64,000 bases of DNA from the human T2T-CHM13v2.0 reference genome, Homo sapiens (GCF_009914755.1 NC_060928.1); one strand, 5' to 3'. Numbered from the stretch's first letter, positions 1 through 13,340 are shown. Numbers and translations: made by a program. The notes: generated from the letters alone by a model not told the origin.

Positions 1-291
1 CTGAAGAACTTGGAGTCTGATGTTCCAGGGCAGAAAGCATCCAGCATGGAAGAAAGAGGAAGGCTGGAAGACTCAGCAAGTCTGCTCATTTCACTTTCTT
101 CCATCTGCTTTATTCTAGCCCCACTGGCAGCTGATTAAATGGTGCCCACCCAGATTGAGGGTGGGTCTGCCTCTCCCAGTTCACTGACTTAAATATTAAT
201 CTTGTTTGGCAACACCCTCACAGACACACCTAGGAACAATACTTTGCATCTTTCAATCCAATCAAGTTAACACTCAATATTAACCATCACA
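1..291 (-). mobile_element. MLT2A (HERV-L) LTR, 5' part, cut by the window edge
   Basis: Reverse complement starts TGTGATGGTTAATATTGAGTGTTAACTTGATTGGATTGAAAGATGCAAAGTATTG, like the MLT2A start. Confidence 0.8.
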
Positions 292-475
292 GGGGCTTAA
301 GGAGAAGGGTGGTAGGAGAATGAGGTATAAAAGACTGTACATTGGGTACAGTGTACACTGCTCCGGTGATGGGTGCACCAAAATCTCAGAAATCCCCACT
401 AAATAACTTTTGCATGCAACCAAACGCCACCGGTTCCCCAAAAATTATTGAAATAAAAATTTAAAAATAATAATA
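292..475 (+). mobile_element. L1PB-type 3' end
   Basis: ttgggtacagtgtacactgctccggtgatgggtgcaccaaaatctcagaaat...aataaa with an A-rich tail. Confidence 0.7.
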
Positions 476-839
476 ATATCTGTGCTTGCATATTAGCCAA
501 CAAACATATTTCAAAGCACTTTGAACCATGTAACAGAAAAATCAGTGTCTTTCTGGTCATATAGATTTCAGTTTGAATTACCCACCAATTATTTACTTAC
601 TTTGACAAATTACTTCCTTTCTCTGAACTAGAATTTTTCCAGCAGAATAGAGATAACAATACCTAAATAGCCTAGAACCATAATGGCACATAGTAGATGT
701 TCATTCCATTTCAGCTCCCTTCATCTATGTAAAAGTTAAGTGAGAATGGTATTATTATTAATACACTTGAATATAAAGTCAAGAACAAAACATACACTTA
801 AAACAAACTGAAAATAACCCTCAGAAAGAATCAAGTATA

Positions 840-1166
<327 letters not shown>

Positions 1167-1864
1167 TCACATAAGGAGCTGTCCAAGGTATTAAGTGGAG
1201 GGAAAAAAGCAAGTTTAAAAATAATATGTGTACTACTATATTTTGTTAAAATATTAATATTAATACTAAATGTTAATTTAAATAATATATAGGTATTTAA
1301 AATATATAGGATTTAAAAAGTATAGAGACCTATTATACAGCTTACAAAAAGTGTATATTTTTAAATATACAGGAATATATACCAAATTGTTTAAAATTAT
1401 CTGAGAAAAAGTGGAAGTATTCATAGGGGATTTTAACTTTCTACAATATTATATACTTCTCTAATATCTAGATTATTTTTAAAATATTAACTATGGATGC
1501 ATTGGCTCACACCTATCATTTCAGCACATTGGGAGTCCAAGGTGGGCAGATCTAAACACCTGTTTAGATTCAATAGCAATTAAGTCCAAAAGTGTACTTG
1601 GATCCTAAAGATCTATGTATTATGTTTTAGCAATCACATTGAGTAATGTTTATTTTAGAGTATGATGGGCTGTACTTGGTTCAGGTAATGTGGTCCCCAA
1701 GAGTTATTCATACTAGTTACACATAGGACTATTCTAACACATGTATTTATGTGTAAGTCTGGGCCTAGAGAGAAATGATTAAGCTTCCAGAAGATTGATA
1801 TAATCCTCACTCACCAATATATTATCATCTGCATATTTTGCTTCTGCCATGAAACTCTGGGTGG

Positions 1865-2360
1865 TGACCAAGGTGTTCTTAACATATCCCCTCAGCTCAA
1901 CTAAACTTTAAATAGGTTTCTTTCTGACTGTAGGCTCTTGACCTCTCTTGTCCTAGAGCATTTTAGAAATATTGTGATTGCATATCTTTCTCCGCCCCTT
2001 TGAAATGTAGATAAATCTCCCAGCCTCTTGCCAGTCTTACAGCCCCAAAAATGTCTTTCTCAAGGACCAAACTACCATCCTTTTGAAATGTCATCATCAA
2101 GAAAAATAGCCCCCCATCTCCCAGTCTCTGAGAGCATAGGAGTTTAACTCTCTAATTAGCTTAACTCATTAGCAAACAGATAGTCTAATCACATTGACCA
2201 ACTTCCCGTCTAAACTTGTAGTACTTTGCTACTAGCTCACAGGAGGGTTTAAAACCCCTCCTGCCTTTTGTTTCAGTGAAACTGAGTTTATTCTCTCTCC
2301 CCTATGATAATAGTCTTCTTAGCCTGTTTAATTATATCAAGTGCAATTTGTCTTTGACAG
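1865..2360 (+). mobile_element. ERV1-class solo LTR (subfamily uncertain)
   Basis: LTR-like motifs (aactaaacttta, tttgaaatgt repeats), ending ...tctttgaca. Confidence 0.5.
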
Positions 2361-2440
2361 TTGTCAGGAAGTTTATACCTCTTTTAGAGAAAGTTCCTGC
2401 TTTCTCTGCTAAGGATTCTCACACCTGTTAGTATGGCTAC

Positions 2441-2755
2441 TCTTTTTTTTTTTTTTTTTTTTTTGAGACAGAGTCTCACTCTGTTGCCCAGGCTGGAGTG
2501 CAATAGCACCATCATGGCCCACTGCAGCCTTGACCTCCTGGGCTCAAGCAAGCCTCCTGCCTCAGCCTCCCAGGTAGCTTGACTACAGGCATGCACCACC
2601 CCACCCGGCTAAGTTTTGTATTTTTTTTTTAATAGTGATAGGGTTTTGTCATGTTATGTTGCCCATGCTGGTCTTGAACTCCTGGGCTCAAGCGATTGTC
2701 TCTCCTCAACCTCTCAAAATGCTGTGATTACAGGCATAAGCAACCACACCCAGCC
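2441..2755 (-). mobile_element. AluJ inserted in an L1 fragment
   Basis: Poly-T plus Alu reverse complement; TSD tagtatggcta on both sides; L1-like sequence continues over 2760-2900. Confidence 0.9.
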
Positions 2756-2901
2756 TAGTATGGCTATTCTTAAAATGATAAGAGGTAAGTGTTGGTGAGG
2801 ATGTGGAGAAAAGGGAATCTTTGTGCACTATTGATGGGAATGTAAATTAATACAGCCATTATAAAAAAACAACATGGAGATCCCTCAAAAAATTGAAAAC
2901 A

Positions 2902-3244
<343 letters not shown>

Positions 3245-5129
3245 TTAATTAATGTAAAATAAAAATAAAATCTTCTAAAAGAATTCACTTAAGCCTCAAA
3301 TGCAGCATATCTACACTCACAAAAAAAGTACATTTCAAGGGATAACGTGCTTTGTGTTTCCTAAAAGGTATTCCACAGAAGAGTAGTTGCATGAAAATAA
3401 ATTCTCCAATCAAATAAGTTTGAAGTATCTTAGACAAAACCCATTCATTGATGGTAGGACCTGTGAGAGCCTTGAACATGCCAAGAAGCAATGTGAATCT
3501 CCAAGAAGCTTTGCAATATGCAGCCTCTCCCAAACTTATTTGACTATAAACACCTTTTTGGAGGGACCATTAATGGCTAAAAAAGGAAAGATATTACAGT
3601 CAATTCAATGCACACTTTCCATAAACTAGCACTCTGACTGGGCACCTGAGCTACATTCCTCACCCACAAGGAGGCTTGGTTCTATATGGAAACATTGAAA
3701 AGTCAAATTAAGCAGGCTGTTCTTGTGGCTCTGGGCTTTCAAAGCAAAGAGCAATTTATGATTTAAAGTTCCTAAACAAATCAGGAATCCTAAAATATGC
3801 TTGAGTAATCTCCCCTGATTTTTTTTTTTTTTTTTTTTGGTAAATTTTCTGGTTTAAACTTTTTGGAGTCAACTCTGTTCACTACCCAGATTCATAGGAA
3901 TGGAGGTCCTAGAGAAAAGTTAAAGGAGATGGCAGTGCCACACTCGGAAAGAAAATGAGCCACGCCAAACTCCCCTCTCTCCTTCACTAGGTCATATGGA
4001 GTGAGTGGCTAAACAGTGCCTGGACATAGCAAGACTCAGTAAATATACAGTTGAATTAACGGATCCAAACATCACATTTACCATAAAGAGTACCTTCTAA
4101 ATAGGTCTCCTATCGATTTTTTCTTCTTGTTTACACTTCCATTCAGTTAAAAATAAATAGCATAAATTTATAATCAAGGAGTTCCAGAAAATTTGATTTG
4201 AAGTAAGTCAGAAACTGTTACAGAATATTGATTAAAAAGATGATCACCTTGCAGCTTCAGCATCTTTTTAATTTGCAAACATGCCAACCACTATTGGATT
4301 TTTTCACTTTTTATAGAGAATTCCCATTTTTGGCGAAGACAGATATGACTTCAGAAAAACCACCTCGCCAGTCCCACGGCGTGGCCTTGACAGAGGCACC
4401 CTCTGGTGGTGGCCTCGCTGAAGTGCAGACACTGTTCTTGACTGGTGTTTGGTTTACTTGGGTTTGTTTCCTGGCTTGCTTGCTTTATTATTTTATTTGT
4501 TTATTTTGTTTGAGAAGCACCGAGTCTCCTTAAAAGGCACAATCTTTAAAAATCTAAACATGTGGAGTTTAAAAGCAACAGCAAACATCACACTGCATCA
4601 CATCTTCTTAAATTGCTGTGACTCAGGATTACTGCAATCTCATTTTTTTACTAACTGTATTACTAATATATAATAGCACATACAGAGAATACAGAATAAT
4701 ACAGACATGCTAAAAACAGAACAACATTGTCGTCAGCAAAAGACTTAAACAAAATAATAATACATTATGCACACAATTTCTGATGATCAACTACCTTAGA
4801 AGTGAAGCTCACTCTTTTAGGCTATAAGCAGCAGGTCACATATCCTTAATCTTCCAAGGCAAACCTGTCAACCCTAGGAACTACCTGAGAGTAAATAGTA
4901 CTTTACCTTGGCCAGGGACTATGGAAAACAAGGAACAGTAAGTAGCATCCTTACATAATTTCTGTGGACAAATACAACAACTTTGTCAGATAACTTCCAA
5001 AATAGTACTTAAAGAACACTTGAATGTTTTACCTATCTTCTCCACTTTATATCAGTGATGAGCATATATTAGCAATAGTACTCATCATTGCTAGTTCGAT
5101 TTTATTTCTCCATTGAATTATACATGTAG

Positions 5130-5164
5130 AAGTATACATGTAGAATTATACATATATACTGAAT

Positions 5165-5210
<46 letters not shown>

Positions 5211-5217
5211 CATATAT
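5130..5217. repeat. (TA)n(CA)n compound microsatellite
   Basis: Seen directly. Confidence 0.9.
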
Positions 5218-6768
5218 TTGCTGGCTACAGTTTGAGCCTTGGAAGGAGTAACATTCCATTTAGGGAAAGAACTGCTTCTTTATTTAACTGCTTTTGATTA
5301 TGCAAAGATAGAATTGATGGGCTATCTGAATATTGCGATATGAGAAAACAAAGGGCAAAATAGCTGTACATATTATGTCAGAAACATTATAATTTCCAGC
5401 TAGTAGCATGAATGATAGAGAGAGGGTGGGGATCTCAAGTCAGGTTATATAAGCTGCTCCCAGCCCCATCTGAACTGTGTACATTCTCTAGTGAATTGTT
5501 GAGCTCCAGAAATACAGGATTCCCAGGAACAACTGACTGGTGGTGCTAACTGTTCTTAACCCACACGTGCTAAGAAAACGCAACTGTAATCAAGAACTGG
5601 AGAACCAAGAAGCTATAAAGGAAGGATGGAGAAAAGCCCTTCATCTTTTGTGAAGAAGTAACCTTTTGTTGCTTAAAGCCACCAACAAAGTGACCTAGTG
5701 AACATGTCCTTCCCACAGACACTACTCTACTGTCAGCTTAGCTTTGGGTCTCAGTTCTTAAACAGAAAATTAATATTAAGTATCCACTAGGAGCCAAGCA
5801 TGGTGCTAAGTGTTCATAGACATACAAACTGTCAACTCTATAAGGTGAAGATGAAAATGCCAATTTATAGATGAAAAACTTAAAGGTTAGCAACGTTCCT
5901 TAATTTGCCTGTGACTTTCCAGTCAGTAAATAACAAAGTCGGAAGTGAAGTGTAAACAGGTCTAATTCTAATTACAGTGCTGTTTCCACCACACCAAATG
6001 CCTCATTCATTCATTCGATAAATATTTTTCAAGAATTTTCAACCATTATGTGCCAGGCACCAAGACAGTAGTGGAAAAGACTATGCCCTTATTTTCATGA
6101 AACTTGCATTCTAGCCAGGAAGGGTGCACAATATGCAAGTAAATAATATATAAGCAAGGTTATTAGAGGTGGTGATTAGTATTTTGAAGGAAATAAGCAG
6201 CATGATGTGATGGAAAGTGACAGAGAGCACTTCCTTGGGCACTAAAGCATGCTGGGAAAGGGCTCTCTGAAAAGAAGACATTTAAGTCAAGTCCTACAGG
6301 TTGAAAAGGAACCAGCCAGACAAACATCTCGGAGCCAAAGATTTCAGACAGAGGGAAAAGCAAGAGCAAAGGCCCTGATGCACTTGAGGAGAGCAGAAAG
6401 GAATCCAATGTGGCAAGAACATAACGAGCTACAAGAAGACTAGTACCAGAGAAGGTTGACAGAAACGAAATATTTAAGATTTTGTAGACCATAGTAACAA
6501 GTTTGTATTTTACTCAAAATTCAATAAAAAGTCACTGGAGATTTTATGTAGGGCAAGACATTATCTGATTGACATTTTATATAGGGACTGGATAGAGAGG
6601 GAACTTCAGGGAAATGTGAGTGGAAGCAGGGGACTAGTTAAAAAGCTACTGCAGCAATCTGTGCACAGATCATGCTACCTGGAAGTGGGAGGCAGCGGTA
6701 AAAGCCAAGAGATTCATTTGAAGGCTACTTCAGCAATGGTGTTAGAGCTAATGGTGTGTTAGACTGGA

Positions 6769-6985
6769 TCAGGGGTTCTTAGTGATGGTGCTGCGCCCCC
6801 TCCCACACAGGCTATTTGGCAATGTCTGGAGACATTTTTGATCGTCATAGCTAGGGGCATGTTACTGGCATCAAGTTGGATGGAAGCCAAGGATGCTGCT
6901 AAACATCCTGCGACGCACAAGATTGTTCCCCACAGAAAAGAATTACCAGGTCTAGCATGTCAATAGTACCAAGGTAGAAAAAACA
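6769..6985. mobile_element. MER20 hAT DNA transposon
   Basis: atttggcaatgtctggagacatttttg...ggatgctgctaaacatcctgc signature. Confidence 0.85.
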
Positions 6986-7383
6986 AGAACTAAACAAGAC
7001 TTGAAGAAACAAAGAACCAGAACAGAACTGGAGAACAACTGAGAGATTTGGGATATATTTCAGAAGTAATACTGACAGGCATGCCAATACCTGTGGGGAG
7101 GGTTAAATAAAGTATAATTCCTAGATGTTTGCCTTGGGCAACTGGGTGGATGGGGTGCCACTTACCAAGATAGTGAAGATTTCAGGAAAAGGAAGTTTGG
7201 GAGGAAAATGGAGTGGAGTTAAGTATTTATTTTGGGTATTACATTCAAAATAACTGTTGGATATCCAGGTAGAGATGTCAGATAGGCCATTAGGTATAGA
7301 AGCTTTGAACTCATAGGAAAAATATGGGCAAAAATAAAATTGTGAGTTATCAACATTTGAATTGTATTTAAAGACTTGGAATC

Positions 7384-7682
7384 GGCCAGGCGCAGTGGCT
7401 CATGCCTGTAATCCCAGCACTTTGGGAGACCGAGGCAGGCGGATCACCTGAGGTCAGGAGTTCGAGATCAGCCTGGCCAATATGGTGAAACCCTGTCTCT
7501 ACTAAAAATACAAAAATTAGCTGGGCATGGTGGTGGGTGCCTGTAATCCCAGCTACTTGGGAGGCTGAAGCAAGGAGAATCGCTTGAACCTTGGAGGCGG
7601 AGGTTGCAGTGAGCCGAGATAGTGCCATTGCACTCCAGCCTGGGTGACAGAGCGAGACTCCATCTCCAAAAAAAAAAAAAAG
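7384..7682 (+). mobile_element. AluS with TSD
   Basis: TSD aaagacttggaatc flanks the element. Confidence 0.93.
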
Positions 7683-10458
7683 AAAGACTTGGAATCAAGT
7701 GAAATCACACAGGGAGACAGATTAGGGAAGAGATGACAAGAAATGAGAAGGGAAGGGAACTGAAGGGACAAGAACGAAAGAGAAGGCAAAGGAAGAAAGT
7801 CAAGACTAAACCCTGAGGCACTCTTGACTTTTCTAAAGACAATGCAAAAAACTAGAAAGAATAGTCAGGAGAGTTGTGTCATGGAAGCCAATAGAGAAAA
7901 GGAAGGTATTTCGAGAAAGAGGCAGTGGTTAATGATACAAATGCCACTAAAAGGTTGAGTAAAATGAAGAACCAGTAACATCCATTAGCTCTGACAACTT
8001 GGAGGTCATTGGTGACATTAAGCAAGAGCAGTTTCCATGGAGTGGGAATGAAAGCTATTGTGAAATGAGTAGATATGAGATGAAGAGTCAGAGAGAGAAA
8101 ATGCAGACAATTTCTATAAAAAGGAGTCAAAGAAATAAGGCAGTTGTTGGATGGAGAGGTAGCTTCAAGAGGGTTTTGTTTCATTTCTTAATGTGGATCA
8201 TGTTGATATGCTGATGGAAATGGTCCAAGACAAGGAAATGGAAAGATAGCAGAAAAAGTGAAGCCTTTAAGAAAGTAAAAAGGAATGGGAACAATAGTAG
8301 AGGAGTTGTTCTTTAGTAAGAGTAAAGATATTTATTTCATTGTAACAAGAAATTGAGTCCAGGAGCAGGTAGGTTGAAAAGATAAAACAGTTCTCTTATA
8401 ATAGCTTTTATTTTCTTGATGCTGTCTCAATTAAGGCAGGTGAGGAAATTGGCTGGAAGAAGCAGGGAAGGAGAAGAGATCTGAGGAGGGACAATCCCAA
8501 ATGAGGATCTTTAGCCAGTTGTACATTTGTCATAACACTGTGACTAGGGTACAGACATCCCACTAGAAACACAACCATCTGAACTGCATCACTGTAACAA
8601 AGATGCTGAGGGTTACTGGAGACAACCACACAGCAGAACAATTGGAATTACTAGAAATGCTTGCCCCAGACCAGTAGTCTTGTATTAGCATGTTCACTCA
8701 CACACCAAAGGATTATATTATCTATTCTTCAATCTAAAATCTTGGTCTCTTTCCCTTCTCCTCCAACTCTTAGCAAATGAACTGCCTAATATTTCACAGA
8801 ATAAACGAAGTTGCCAAATTGATTCCTTTGATTCACTGTCACCCTATCTACAAATCTACCTGCATCTGTTCCATCTTCTTCTTTATTCCTGTTACAATGA
8901 CCTAGTCAAAGGTCAATCTCCATTTGTGCTCTAAATCCAAAAACATCCTCTCTCCATAGCCTTTTTTCCTGTAAATATTTCCCTGTTTTATATCTTCAGC
9001 CACTTCTTCTTTTGGGGAGGTTTCCCATAATTATTTAAGTGTCTTATTTTTGAAAAAGAAGAAGGAAGGGAAGAAGAGAAGAGGGGGAGAAAGGAAGAAG
9101 AATGGAAAGGAAGAGAAATAAAGAAAAGAAAGAACCACCACATTCCCCTTTATTTAATACTATATCTCACCACACCAATTCACAGCTGAAGTCTTCAAAG
9201 CCTGAGTTGCCTACAGATATTGCTCAATTCTTTATTCTTCACCTTCCATTTACTACTCAACATACTCTAATCCAGCTTTCACCCTCGACTCCAATTCCTA
9301 AATTTACCAGACCTATTGTTGCTAATTTCAGTGAACACATTTCAGTTTTGTTATTGTATTTGATCTCTCAGCAACCTTCCACACTTTGATCATTTAGCTG
9401 TTCTAAAAGAAAAAAAAAAGGACTTTCTATGCATTAGATAAAAACCACCCTCTCCAAGTTTTTCTCCTCAGTCACTTCTTCAACTTTTTTACTCCACCAC
9501 TTTCCACACTTCAAAACAGTGGACTTCCTCGGGACTGATTCTTAGGCCTTCTCATTTTATATAAGAGACAGCAAATTGACAACCTACTAGTTCAATCCCC
9601 AATGTCTAGCACATTGTCTGGAAAATAGTAAATATTGAATAAATATTTATTTGAGTAATTAATTAGTTAGAGGTATAGAATGCAATTGGACTTTAGGATA
9701 AGGGGACAAACTGTGAAGCTAACCACTAAGGCAAGCCCCAAGACAAGCAATTTCTCCCCACCTTACATCTACAAGTTCTCAAACTTATTAACATAATCTA
9801 CCTAGACTGGACAGCCAATTAAGAAGCCAACAATTGACGCTTAAGCACCTCCTTGACATCTGGTGATTTTTAAACAAAATTAGGGAGCTGTTTGGAGTAT
9901 CTTAGTCCTTAAGCCAAGGGTCTACAATCAAGAAAATCATACAATTAAATTATAGAGACAAATGAGAGCTAGTTTAGCCCTCGCAGTAAAATGAGAGTCA
10001 AATGAAAACACTACCATCAGCTTATCTGCTTGATTCTCTCCTAAGATTCAGTGATGGGTTTTGATGCTTATCCATCATCTCTCTTATCTATTCAGTAATA
10101 TTCAACAAACAAAGGCCAGGACAGACAAAGAGCACAGTCTGATTTGCCTGTTTGCAGAACAATGTCATCTCAACATAACCCTAATCAAATTCAGCTTCTT
10201 CCAAAATCAGCTGATCAGCAAAGAATAGCTTCATATTAAATTCATTCAGAAACAGTTATTCATCCAAGATATGGCTCTATACGAAGTCACTGGAGATGAG
10301 CTAATCAAAAAAGAACCGCCCCATCCAAAACTCATCCAAAAACAGCTATTATTCAAGATTTTACTCCACACAAAGTCATCTGAAATCACCTTAACAGGAA
10401 AAAGCTCCCTTGCCCAAAGCTCATCCATAATCAGCTGTTTGGGCAGGATAGGGCTATA

Positions 10459-10808
10459 CAGTCATCCCTGCTTGTCTTCAGAAGATACATTCCAAGACCA
10501 CCAGTGGATGCCTGAAACCACAGATACTATCAAACCCTATATGCACTATCTTTTTTTCTATATTATACAATTACATTATATAGGGGAAGTAGCGTATACA
10601 GAGTGGATATGCCAGACAAAGGGATGATTCACATCTCCTGCCGGGCAAAGCTGGACGGTGCAAGATTTCATCAGGCTACTCAGAGTAGCATTCAATTTAA
10701 AGCTTATGATTTGTCTGTTTCTGGATTTTTTTATTTAGTATTTTCAGACCATGGTTGACCATGGATGAGTGAACCATGGAAAGCAAAACCAAGGATAAGG
10801 AGGAACTG
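10459..10808. mobile_element. MER44 (Tigger family) DNA transposon
   Basis: Starts ta|cagtcatccc; ends ggaaagcaaaaccaaggataaggaggaactg; internal gggatgattcacatc...atttcatcaggctactcag. Confidence 0.75.
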
Positions 10809-11071
10809 CTCCACACAAATTATTTTAAGACAAGGTGATCTGCAAATAATTCTTTTGTCCAAAAAGCTATTCAGCAACCAGCCCCTGCAAAGAAACTCAC
10901 TGAAACAAGCCGATATACAAAGAGCTGCACCATCCAAAACACGTCCAGAAATAGCACAAACTCATATTTAACTTAGCAGAATGCTTCCCCTTCAAAAGCT
11001 GGTCCAAAAACAGCTGTTTAGTTACATTCTGGATCTACACAAAATCACTCAAGAATAACAAATAAGCAAAG

Positions 11072-11340
11072 AGCCAGCCCAATGCAGTGGCTCACGCCTA
11101 TAATTCTAATGCTTTAGGAGGCTGATGAAGGAAGATCACTTGAGGCCAGGAGTTTTAGGTGACATAGTGAGACCTTCATCACCACAAAAAAAAATTTTTT
11201 AATTAGCCAGGCATGGTGGTGCATGTTTGTAGTCCCAGCTTCTTGGGAGGCTCAGGTGGGAGTAATGCTTTAGCTAAGGAGTTTGAGGCTGCAGTGAGCT
11301 ATGATCATGCCACTGCACTCCAGCCTGGGAGACAAAAAAA
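11072..11340 (+). mobile_element. AluJ
   Basis: Diverged dimeric Alu (gagctatgatcatgccactgcac). Confidence 0.88.
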
Positions 11341-11363
11341 TTTTTAAAAGCCAAAAGCCAGCT

Positions 11364-12029
11364 TGTTACTGGTGGAAGTTATCCAGGTTACTGGCAGTGA
11401 ATCCGTACAGGTCTGCCACAACTCAATTCTTGCCTCCTCAGAAGAAATAATTCGACTGAGAGGCATAAGACAGAAAAAGAGACCGATGAAAGTTTCACAG
11501 CAGGAGTGGAAGTTTATTTGAAAAGGTTTTATAACAGGAAAGAAAGGAAAGTTCACTTGAAAGAGACCCAAATGAACACCTGAAGGTCAAGTCCAGTGTT
11601 TTACCTTGATCCTAGGACTTTTTAGGCTGGACCCTTTCTCATGATTCTTTCCTTAGGGTGAGCTGCCTGCATGTACAGTGCCCTCCTTACCCTTGGGAGG
11701 TGAGCATGTACGGTGTGTTTAGGAAGTTGTACCCATGACCATCTGAGGTTTTCTTCCCTTTTCTGGTAGTGTGCCCCCAGAAGGTCATACTCTGCCATTT
11801 TGTCTGTTAATGTGCCTGCCCAGGAAGTTGCTTCTCCCTGGCATCTACATTCAGTTAACACTTTAATGCAACAGGTGTGGACCATCAGGAAATGACCTCT
11901 CCCTGGCACTGGCTACCAATTTATAACCTTTAGAGATGCAATGTTATCATTGCCAAACCGTCACCCAACATTCCTTGTGGGTGGGGGAGAGCCCTTTTCT
12001 GCCCTACTTATGCCTAACTACCTGTAACA
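11364..12029 (-). mobile_element. MER50-like ERV1 solo LTR
   Basis: TGTTA...TAACA termini; 4-bp TSD agct/agcc; minus-strand AATAAA near 11514-11519. Confidence 0.75.
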
Positions 12030-13039
12030 AGCCCATCTAAAATGATTCCAAAGCAGTTATTTCATCAGGGATTGACTTTTTGTATCACCATCTAAGTACA
12101 GCTGGAAAGCAAGGAAGTGTCCTGTCCAAAGCTCCTCTTAAAACAGCAGTTCAGTCAGGAGCCTGCTCTCCAGAACATCATATGAAACCTGTAGCCAATC
12201 AAAATCTCCTCTATCAAAATATTCCCCAAAATCTGCTATTCATTTTTTTAAAAATAAATCCCAATCTTACCCAAAGTCACCTTTAAAAAAGTCTGCTCAT
12301 ATCAAATTTTATCCAAATCCACAAATCAACAAAAGACCTGGACAAATTCATCTAATAAAAGTGAAATTTTTCCTTTTATATCCCTCTATACAAACCCACA
12401 TCTAGATTCAATATTTTTATTTTCAAGCTCTCACTCTCAAACCCAAACCAGTATAACTACCCCAGCTATCACTACTTCTAAAGCAACTTCTACCACCCAT
12501 CTGCAACTCCAGTTTTAACTACAACTCCCATGCTATCATCTGCTACAATCATAAATCAAGCCACATTATCCTACAATATCCCAGAAGCTGTCATATACAA
12601 CAGCAACTTTGAAACAAAGGGTCCTCCCTATGATGGCACCAAACTATACATTGACTCGGCATCCAACTTTGAAATCACAGAAACTTCTTATGACACCACA
12701 AAATACATACTGACCTTCCATTTGACTTTGAAACTACACATTTTCTCGATTGTGTCTACAAAACTGAAAGTAACTGCCCAATTGACAGGATCAACTCAAA
12801 GAACATAAATTCCCAGCACCTTCCTTACCCTTACCTAAAGCGTTATATTGTCGTCCAAACACTGAAATCATTAATTAATTCCTCACACTAGTACTGTATC
12901 TCTTACCTTCCCTTCAGCATCCTCATCTGTTGCCCATTTGCAGGGTGTTCTTTCCTATTTTAAATATCACACCCAAGCTTATTTTTTTTTAATTCCATAA
13001 GTGTGTAATTCTATTGTTGAGTTGAAATATTTCTACATA

Positions 13040-13340
13040 GGCCAGGTGCAGTGGCTCATGCCTGTAATCCCAACACTTTGGGAGGCTGAGGCGGGAGGAT
13101 TGCTTAAACCCAGAAGTTCAAGACCAGCCTGGGCAACAACATGAAACCCGTCTCTACAGAAAATTAGCCAGATGTGGTGGTGCGCACCTGTAGTCCAGCT
13201 ACTTGGGAGGCTGAGGTGGGAGAATCACCTGAGCTGGGGAAGTCCAGGCTGCAGTGAGCCAGGAGAGCCAGGATAGAGACACTGCACTCCACCCTGGAAG
13301 ACAGAAGGAGACATTGTCTCAAAAAAAGAGAAAGAAAGAA
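13040..13340 (+). mobile_element. AluJ
   Basis: Dimeric Alu with A-rich tail. Confidence 0.9.

Larger units (their letters stand above)
6000..8100 (-). mobile_element. Old L2 fragments (interrupted by MER20 and Alu)
   Basis: cattcattcattc...aaatattt...tgtgccaggcac L2 3' end reverse complement, followed by a purine-rich L2 body. Confidence 0.65.
10002..12810 (+). pseudogene. Candidate decayed SCPP/mucin-like large exon (unannotated relic)
   Basis: Degenerate ~90-bp repeat translating as PSKxxPKTAV-like units, a T/S/P-rich tract and a 60-bp repeat; stops and frameshifts; interrupted by MER44, AluJ and MER50. Confidence 0.6.

Noticed and set aside
4820-5460. TATAAG (4824) with a GTAAGT donor (4938), and TATATAAG (5446), as the promoter or exon 1 of the relic gene
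   Set aside because: Short motifs expected by chance in AT-rich DNA; no signal-peptide exon found to link them.
10271-10627. 118-aa ORF as an intact gene
   Set aside because: It starts in a different frame from the repeat-consistent one and runs into MER44.
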